64,000 bases of DNA from Patescibacteria group bacterium (GTDB lineage Bacteria > Patescibacteriota > Patescibacteriia > Patescibacteriales > UBA12465): contig JBAZJR010000001.1 in NCBI GenBank assembly GCA_041651195.1, forward strand, positions 7,601-71,600, given 5' to 3'. Within the stretch, counting starts at the first letter, position 1; each line of letters begins with the position of its first letter. The position numbers and the translations under genes were made by a program. Shown here piece by piece: positions 29,853 to 35,816 of this stretch. Below the pieces are notes generated by a model. It was not told where the DNA came from. It searched no databases and saw only the letters and a program-made list of their open reading frames with translations.

Positions 29853-32435
29853 ATGTATAGAGAGAAAATTAATCAACAGGAAGAAGATAAGATGGCTCTT
29901 TCGGAGAATCAAATCCAAGAATCTGAGATAAAAGATAGGATTTGGGAGACGGTAGATAATTTTGATCAGGAAAAAGATAATAAAGAACTGGAAGAAATAT
30001 GGAGGGCGAAGTATAAGGGGGATGCCCAATCTTTTTTTAATGACGACAATCTAGAAAGTCTCGCCGCCTTAACCGGCGGACAAAGATTAAATCTATTAGC
30101 TGATGTTGCGTCGTCTATTTTTGCGACCCCGCAGTTGGTAGAAAAATATTATCAGAAATTTCCCGAAGACTTGCAGGCAGTAGATAAAATTTTCAGGATC
30201 AACCGTCACAATTTAGACATGAAAAAATACCATCTATTTAGTTTAAGCGCTCTATCAATGGACCAGTCCGGTTTACAGGTAGTAGAATGTCCGGATAGGT
30301 ATAACTATATGATGGGAGATCTAGAGCAGTTTTATGGTATCGCTCGGCGTCGTCAGGAAGCGCCAAAATTTCTGCTCAGTAATTTTAAGGATATTCCCAT
30401 GGCGGAAGATTTTGCCGAATTTGGCGCCGCTAAAGAAGGTTTATTTAAGACGCTCAGCCAGGCTTCTGACTATGAGTATACCGCCCGTTATTCTCTTAAT
30501 ACGGATAAGATGTTCTCGGGGGCATTTGAAGAATTATCTGAGGAAAATAAGGCTAGGTTCCTGCATAAATGTTTAGCTCATTTTCAGTATTTTTTGTTGT
30601 TTAACGAAACCTATAACAGTCGTTTCTCTCCGGAGAGCGCGGCTTACGAAGAAAAACAAAGCAAGAGCGACCATCGTCCTTGGGGGTATAATGTCGCTCA
30701 TTCCATGATCTATAAGACTTATCAGCCAGGGAAAGCTTACGAGTTGAGTCAAGATTTTTTTAATCACGATATGTCCAGCACCGCCGCCGGTGGCGGAGAT
30801 GTCGAAGAATATGCCGATCACAAGATGCTTTTAGCTACCCTCGATAGGTTAAAGGATGTTATGGCAGATAAAGATGAAACGACTCGGCTAGTAGTTGAAC
30901 TGTGGAATAAAAATCGTAACCCCATTTTCGCTAATGTGATTGCGGAAGTCCTTTCTAAGCAGAATGTCAACCTGGCCGCTGCCCAATTATTAGAATTATT
31001 GCATTCTGAAAAAGATAAAAAAGAGCCTTTGGCGGCGATGCTCTACCGCTTAGAATTCGGGCGCATCGGCGTCTCTCAGGAGGGGATTAAGTATTTGGAA
31101 AAGATCTATGATTTAGGTGAATATAATAACCCTGGTTATCATGCTAGCCGCCTGACGGCCGACGGAGAAGTCGGAGTATTCAATGAAGAATTAGAACTAA
31201 TTAAGTATTTCCACCTGGGCCGCTTGGATACAGAGGAAAAAAAGGTAAAGGCCAAAGTCATGGATTTTACTTATGACACTTTATTCATCGGACGGCCAGA
31301 TGAAAGTGCTGAGGAAAGAAAGAGTCGGGAAGCGTATTTGGCGGAATTTAAGAAAAATTATTATAAGATTTCCGAAGATCAAGTCTTCCAGGCGACCGGC
31401 GCGCGTTTAAATAATCTTTCTTTTAAAGAGCAAGGCTGGTTTTTGATCTATTATAATCAAGCGACGAGCGACGAGCAAAAAAAGTTGCAGGATTTCGTGG
31501 CTGATTTCAAGGAAGACGGCATCAAGTCTTTTCTATCATTAGAAATCGACCAGGGGTTGGGGAGTAAGATCATAGACTTAGGTCATAAGGTTGACCGGGA
31601 TTCGGCGCGCCTCATCTTCCAGCGGATAGCGGAAATAGTCAGCTTAGTCGAGAAAGAAAACAATGAACTGAACAAGCTGTTCTTATTAGGCCAAGGAGAA
31701 GATAAATTTGATTGGCGCGCGGTCCGTTTAACTTTATTGCAAAAAACCAAGAAGATAATCACTGATTTTCATTCGGATCCACCAGCGTTAGCGGAACCAG
31801 AAGCTGTCGCCGAGCTATTAAAAGATTTGGAGAGAAGCCATTCCGAGGTCTCGCTATTAGCCGCAGTCTTGAAAGAAGCTAAACAAGCCGGCCAGAAGAT
31901 TAATTTTGAAAAGATCAAGGATCTGAGATTGGAAAAGAAAATAATCAATCCAACGAACAACCTCAGCGTTGCCGAAAGAGAAGAATTAAAGGAAATATCG
32001 GCTGAAAATTATAAACGGATTTTCTTGAGTGACCCGGCGGCGACTAATCAAGCCGCCTACGAAAGAGTAACGGCAGAATTCGCAAAAGAAGTAGAGAGTC
32101 TTAATGGGCAATTAGTATATCTTTTAAAATATCAGAACCGGATTATTTCTTTTATTCGTTTTAAGCCGCTTTCCGGCACGGAAGTATATGGCGGCTCGCT
32201 TAATGTGGCCCAGGAAGTCCAAGGCCTGTCTATCGGCAATCATTTTATGAATTCCACTATCGCCGAAGTAGCCAAGAGTTATAATATCCGGGTTAAGAGC
32301 CGGAAAGATAATCCAGCTAATGACAATTATCAACGTCGGGGGTTTGTGATCGTTGATGAACATCGCGAGGCGGACGGCATAGAATATTATGATATGGTTA
32401 AGCCGAGCGATAAGGAGAGCCAAAAGGCGGCCTAG
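29853..32435 (+). CDS. large (~860 aa) AT-rich-encoded protein with a C-terminal GNAT-like acetyltransferase domain
   Basis: C-terminal VQGLSIGNHFMNSTIAEVAKS resembles GNAT motif A. The start is uncertain: ATG at 29853 or 29892, and the ORF opens at 29790. Confidence 0.6.
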   Translation: MYREKINQQEEDKMALSENQIQESEIKDRIWETVDNFDQEKDNKELEEIWRAKYKGDAQSFFNDDNLESLAALTGGQRLNLLADVASSIFATPQLVEKYYQKFPEDLQAVDKIFRINRHNLDMKKYHLFSLSALSMDQSGLQVVECPDRYNYMMGDLEQFYGIARRRQEAPKFLLSNFKDIPMAEDFAEFGAAKEGLFKTLSQASDYEYTARYSLNTDKMFSGAFEELSEENKARFLHKCLAHFQYFLLFNETYNSRFSPESAAYEEKQSKSDHRPWGYNVAHSMIYKTYQPGKAYELSQDFFNHDMSSTAAGGGDVEEYADHKMLLATLDRLKDVMADKDETTRLVVELWNKNRNPIFANVIAEVLSKQNVNLAAAQLLELLHSEKDKKEPLAAMLYRLEFGRIGVSQEGIKYLEKIYDLGEYNNPGYHASRLTADGEVGVFNEELELIKYFHLGRLDTEEKKVKAKVMDFTYDTLFIGRPDESAEERKSREAYLAEFKKNYYKISEDQVFQATGARLNNLSFKEQGWFLIYYNQATSDEQKKLQDFVADFKEDGIKSFLSLEIDQGLGSKIIDLGHKVDRDSARLIFQRIAEIVSLVEKENNELNKLFLLGQGEDKFDWRAVRLTLLQKTKKIITDFHSDPPALAEPEAVAELLKDLERSHSEVSLLAAVLKEAKQAGQKINFEKIKDLRLEKKIINPTNNLSVAEREELKEISAENYKRIFLSDPAATNQAAYERVTAEFAKEVESLNGQLVYLLKYQNRIISFIRFKPLSGTEVYGGSLNVAQEVQGLSIGNHFMNSTIAEVAKSYNIRVKSRKDNPANDNYQRRGFVIVDEHREADGIEYYDMVKPSDKESQKAA

Positions 32436-32436
32436 C

Positions 32437-33201
32437 CTATTCTTTGCTGATGCTCCAGAGCGTTTCAAACATCAGCCTGTTCATCTCATAAATATCTTTA
32501 TTTTCGATCAGTATGGAGATTATTTTTCCCTTATTGATAACCTGGAAAGATATTTTGCCGTCATAAATCTGGATAGAAGTCTTGAAGGTGGCGGACAGAT
32601 TCTCTAAATAACGGATAGCCGTTATTTTTTCATATTCAGAATTTTGTTCACTCCCTTGATCGGGCCGTTCACCGACACGGATAATTTTTTTCTTTATTCC
32701 GAGCTTCTCTCGTTTTTGTTTATATTCCAGATTGGCTTCTTGAAATTCACCCTCTTCATTAAGGGCTTGTTTATTCAGGAGAAGATAGATTTCCGTTTTG
32801 CTCGATAAAGTGTCTTCTAAAATTTTTCGCAGCCCTTCTTCTCCCTCATAAAATCTCACTCCCGGCTTATTGCTGATCAGGCTATAAGCGGAAATCAGGT
32901 CGGGCAGGGCGTTGATGAATTCCTGTTTATGCTTGATCGCTTCTTTTTCTTTCTGCTCAGCAATTGTCTCTAAATTATAGGGGTGTTCGGCGGCAAAAAT
33001 AGTGATACCCTTAACTTCCTCGGTCTTGGAGACTAAATTGAGCCTAATTAACTCATCCAAGCCTTTATAAGCGACCCCGCGGGGCCGTTTTATTTTTTTA
33101 GCGATATTACTGGCCTTGTCAGGGCCGGAATTCAGCAGGGAATCCAGGATTTCCGCCTGGACCTTGGATAAGCCGAGATTATAAAGAGTTTTTTCGTACA
33201 T
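32437..33201 (-). CDS. TrmB-family transcriptional regulator
   Basis: N-terminal wHTH (LGLSKVQAEILDSLLNSGPDKASNIAKKIKRPRGVAYKGLDELIRLNLV) followed by a TrmB-like C-terminal domain. Confidence 0.75.
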   Translation of the reverse strand: MYEKTLYNLGLSKVQAEILDSLLNSGPDKASNIAKKIKRPRGVAYKGLDELIRLNLVSKTEEVKGITIFAAEHPYNLETIAEQKEKEAIKHKQEFINALPDLISAYSLISNKPGVRFYEGEEGLRKILEDTLSSKTEIYLLLNKQALNEEGEFQEANLEYKQKREKLGIKKKIIRVGERPDQGSEQNSEYEKITAIRYLENLSATFKTSIQIYDGKISFQVINKGKIISILIENKDIYEMNRLMFETLWSISKE

Positions 33202-33441
33202 ATATTTGTTTTTTATTGTTTTAATAGTGGCTAGGGGGGATTCTTCCTGTGGATAACTTTACAAAAATTAAGTTTTATTTTGTTAGTAGTTTAAGGGTCA
33301 CATTAATCCATAGTCATATTATAGCGCATATTAAATATAGTGTCAACTCTTAAAATGACAAAAAAAGAAAATAAATATGCGTATTTAAAGCATTTCTGTC
33401 TATATTTTAATAACATTTGCCAAAAATAGTCTTTTTAAGTC

Positions 33442-33470
33442 TTGACAATTATCTCAGAGCGTGCTAAACT
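33442..33470 (+). promoter_or_regulatory. near-consensus sigma70-type promoter at the head of the island
   Basis: TTGACA (33442-47), a 17-nt spacer ending in TGc (extended -10), then TAAACT (33465-70). The predicted TSS is about 33477. Confidence 0.7.
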
Positions 33471-33584
33471 TAAGTTATCGAAAATGAGAAAGGAAAGAAA
33501 CGGGCAAAACGCAGTACATTACATTCAAATAAAATAATGGAAGGAGAGAGCCATTATCAACTTAGTTTACTACGATCTTTATAT

Positions 33585-33651
33585 AAAGGGGTATTAGGCG
33601 GGTTAAGCTTTCTCATTCTATTAGAAAGTTTTTCCGCTTAGTACCCTTTTT
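33585..33651 (+). terminator. long three-tier hairpin ending in a U-run (attenuator/terminator candidate)
   Basis: Pairings AAAGGG/CCCUUU, GGCGG/CCGCU and AAGCUUUCU/AGAAAGUUU, with U47-U51 at the 3' side. It lies about 110-175 nt after the predicted TSS. Confidence 0.45.
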
Positions 33652-34265
33652 GGTTGGAAGAGAGCGGATAGTCATGGAGAGGAGAGAGATTTAGTCCCTG
33701 CGCTAGCGCCCACAGCCTAGAGCAGCTCTAAATAAGAAGCGCGGCCGATCGGAACTAAAAATATCATTTGGAAACGCCACCCCATGCCGTTTCCCAAAAT
33801 TCCTTCAAGGACGCCGAATAAACTCCCCTTCATAACTATCCGCTTTGAGCGGAACCGAAGCGATTGCGGCACAATTGCCCCAATTATTTAGGGAATAAAT
33901 AAATCAGTTAGATCAGCTTATCGATTTTAGGAGATCAAATGGACACATAAGCTTTAAGAATAAAGCGGAGAGGGTTCATCTCCTGAGATTAATAAAGATT
34001 TAACAGTTTGCTTCCGGGATCAACCCGGGATCAGGCGGGAAGTGAGTCAGAGCCGAGTAGCGTCGCAAACCGCCGCGGAGCCGAGACGATCCTAGTAGCG
34101 CGTGGCCCAGTTATCCTTAACGGGATGAGCAAGCTCCGGGAACGGCACGAACGCCACCGTCTTCTTACGAGGAGATCGGCTGAGCCCCAAGCCTTGAACA
34201 AGCTTAGGCCCAGAAATTTCCTCGGAAAAGTATAATTAGCCGAGAAAAAGTTCTTTGAAACTAAT
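33652..34265 (+). ncRNA. candidate large structured non-coding leader RNA (class unknown)
   Basis: About 600 nt with no credible ORF. It is more GC-rich than the flanks and dense in local hairpins (for example GGAAACG/CGUUUCC at 33770-94 and GGAGA-GGGUUCA-UCUCC at 33967-84). It is co-oriented with the operon. Confidence 0.3.
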
Positions 34266-34289
34266 TTGAAAACAAAAAAGGAGTCCCGC

Positions 34290-34517
34290 GTGAGTAAAGT
34301 AAGCGCGGGAAAGGATATGAGTGATATTCAAATTCAATTGGTAAATGCTGGTCTAACCACCCAGCAAAAAATTGACGAAATCAATCGCCAGAAGGCGATT
34401 GATAAAAATTTTGTCCGGGTTGCGCGAAAAGCAAAACCCGGAGTTTCTCCCAAAATTTGGGAGAAATATGCCCGCTTGAAAAGGCAGGCGTCAAAAGATT
34501 TACAGTTTGTATACTAA
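34290..34517 (+). CDS. small basic protein (75 aa), unknown function
   Basis: The GTG at 34290 lies 6 nt after AAGGAG (34278-83). The ORF track opens at an upstream TTG (34266) that lacks an SD. Confidence 0.55.
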   Translation: MSKVSAGKDMSDIQIQLVNAGLTTQQKIDEINRQKAIDKNFVRVARKAKPGVSPKIWEKYARLKRQASKDLQFVY

Positions 34518-34631
34518 ACTGTAAATCAAGTTTCAAATTGGTTTAGCTTATCCCAAATCAAAAAATAAGCAGGCTATCCCACCGGATCGCCGGAGCTATT
34601 TCTACGCTCGAAGCGTCCATAAAAAGTTTAA

Positions 34632-34710
34632 AGAGCAGTGTCGTTCAAACATTGCTCTCCCTCCCGGGATGCGTGTTCCGGCTGATGAGTCCGAAAGGAC
34701 GAAAGGGAAG
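34632..34710 (+). ncRNA. hammerhead ribozyme copy 1 (type III) with 5' P0 hairpin
   Basis: P0 AGAGCAGUG/CAUUGCUCU. CCCUC with cleavage predicted after C34663. Stem I CCGGGA-UGCGUG-UUCCGG. Core CUGAUGA. Stem II GUCC-GAAA-GGAC. Then GAAA and GGGA. Confidence 0.9.
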
Positions 34711-34745
34711 TTCTTTGAAATTAAATTCATTAAATAAAATGCGGC

Positions 34746-34766
34746 TCCGACGTATTCGGGCAAGGA
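34746..34766 (+). promoter_or_regulatory. conserved leader hairpin plus SD (copy A)
   Basis: UCCGA-CGUAU-UCGGG hairpin, then cAAGGA, with the ATG 5 nt later. It is preceded by an A-rich tract and GCGGC. Confidence 0.7.
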
Positions 34767-34771
34767 ATAAG

Positions 34772-34990
34772 ATGGAAGAATTATTGAAGCAGCTCGGTTT
34801 TTCTAAAAGTCATAATCAATATGATTATGACAAGCATATAAAAAATAGAATATACATAACAGTTTATCCCAGCGGTGAAGGCTGGGAGGTGGCTGTTAGT
34901 TCTGAAAATTCGGACGGGAGCGCCAATACCATTTTTCTCGGCGCAACCACTGAGAAGAAAATAAGCCTCTTAGTTGAAGCGTTATTCTAA
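34772..34990 (+). CDS. small protein (72 aa), unknown function
   Basis: The ATG at 34772 is correctly spaced from the SD of leader copy A. The longer tracked ORF (from 34652) would read through the ribozyme. Confidence 0.6.
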   Translation: MEELLKQLGFSKSHNQYDYDKHIKNRIYITVYPSGEGWEVAVSSENSDGSANTIFLGATTEKKISLLVEALF

Positions 34991-35173
34991 GTAGACTTTA
35001 AATTTGGCAACGCAGCGGATTCTGCGGGATATACTTTTGACTCAAGTTGAGTTAAAAGCGGTTAGTTGATTATCCTTTAAAATCAGCGAGACTAGAAATT
35101 TAAATACTCATATAAATCTAAGTGAGTTCTTAGAGGAAACTGAGGAGATACTAATTTCTAGGGGAGAAGCGTC

Positions 35174-35485
35174 ATGTTTTTACTTAACGCTTTTTCCCTC
35201 AACATGATTTCTATCTTTCCGATAGCCATCAAGGTTGAGGAAATCTCTTTAGAGCAGGCTAAAGCCCTAGCCGCTGAAACTATTTCAGCAGTCGGTCACG
35301 CTGATACAGCTAATGTATTCAGCAGTGTTCTTGGGGTTAATGTGCCGACAAACAGAACGACCGTCGTCCTTAAAAAAGACGATCAAGCTCTCGTTGGTCA
35401 GTATATTGGGCCTCGTCTTCCGGAAGGGGCAACAACCTTACCGGAAGGCGCCACCATCAAGTGGCTCTTAGTTACCTTAGGGTAA
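35174..35485 (+). CDS. DUF1874 / AcrIII-1 (Crn2)-family ring-nuclease-like protein
   Basis: LLNAFSLNM N-terminus, AVGHADTA (conserved GH), NRTTVVLKKDDQALV and GPRLPEG. This matches the pattern I recall for STIV B116 / SIRV1 gp29. Confidence 0.7.
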   Translation: MFLLNAFSLNMISIFPIAIKVEEISLEQAKALAAETISAVGHADTANVFSSVLGVNVPTNRTTVVLKKDDQALVGQYIGPRLPEGATTLPEGATIKWLLVTLG

Positions 35486-35579
35486 TTAAGAAGAGATTGG
35501 GTGCGATTCGGGATTAAACCTTGAGGTTATGCTGTTAACCTTGCCGAATAAAAGCGGATCACCGCGACAGTAAGTTCAC

Positions 35580-35660
35580 GAGGGATGGCGTCAGTTCAAA
35601 CGTTGTCCTCCCTCCCGAGATGCGTGTCTCGGCTGATGAGTCCGAAAGGACGAAAGGGAA
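35580..35660 (+). ncRNA. hammerhead ribozyme copy 2 (type III) with 5' P0 hairpin
   Basis: P0 AGGGAUGGCG/CGUUGUCCU. CCCUC with cleavage after C35614. Stem I CCGAGA-UGCGUG-UCUCGG, a compensatory G:C to A:U change relative to copies 1, 3 and 4. Canonical core. Confidence 0.9.
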
Positions 35661-35789
35661 GTTCTTTAAAACCAGGCATTAATGGATTTAATTATTTTTT
35701 GAGATGTTTTTATAATTGTGTTCGTTCCGTCCAGATGATTTAAAGACGAATCGGATAATAATTAAATTCATTAAGTAAAAAAATGCGGC

Positions 35790-35810
35790 TCCGACGTATT
35801 CGGGCAAGGA
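35790..35810 (+). promoter_or_regulatory. conserved leader hairpin plus SD (copy B)
   Basis: Identical to copy A (UCCGA-CGUAU-UCGGG-cAAGGA). About 50 nt of upstream sequence (ttaaattcattaa.taaaa..atgcggc) is also shared with copy A. Confidence 0.7.
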
Positions 35811-35816
35811 TGAAAG

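Noticed and set aside
33248-33256. Perfect DnaA box (TGTGGATAA) near the left edge of the island
   Set aside because: It is a single 9-mer with no cluster of boxes and no adjacent AT-rich unwinding-element pattern. About one such match is expected by chance in 64 kb on both strands.
34121-34190. Hammerhead-like strings in the leader (CGGGAUGAGC at 34121, CGGCUGAGCC at 34178) and a CUCGG/CCGAG hairpin followed by AAAA-AGUUCUUUGAAA
   Set aside because: The CUGAUGA core is not intact, there is no GAAA junction in register, and I could not build stems I and III. At most this is a decayed relic of a sixth module. It is not called as a ribozyme.
34008-34235. 75-aa ORF (MLPGSTRDQAGSESEP...) inside the long leader
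   Set aside because: It has a TTG start with no SD. Its Arg/Ser/Pro-rich composition is typical of a random frame in GC-rich structured sequence. It overlaps many hairpins. I treat it as non-coding.
34641-34720. Pseudoknot between the P0 loop (UUCAAA) and the 3' flank (UUUGAA) of hammerhead 1
   Set aside because: The complementarity is 6 bp in copy 1. It weakens to 5/6 in copy 2 and 4 bp in copy 3, and is absent in copies 4 and 5. It is not a consistent feature.
34652-34771. N-terminal 40 codons of tracked ORF 34652..34990
   Set aside because: This part would be translated straight through hammerhead copy 1 and the conserved leader hairpin. The ATG at 34772 has the proper SD spacing, so the shorter CDS is preferred.
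35688-35716. Possible internal promoter (TTAATT, 17 nt, TATAAT) between hammerhead 2 and leader copy B
   Set aside because: The -35 is poor and the region is generally AT-rich, so a TATAAT here is not distinctive. I left it uncalled.
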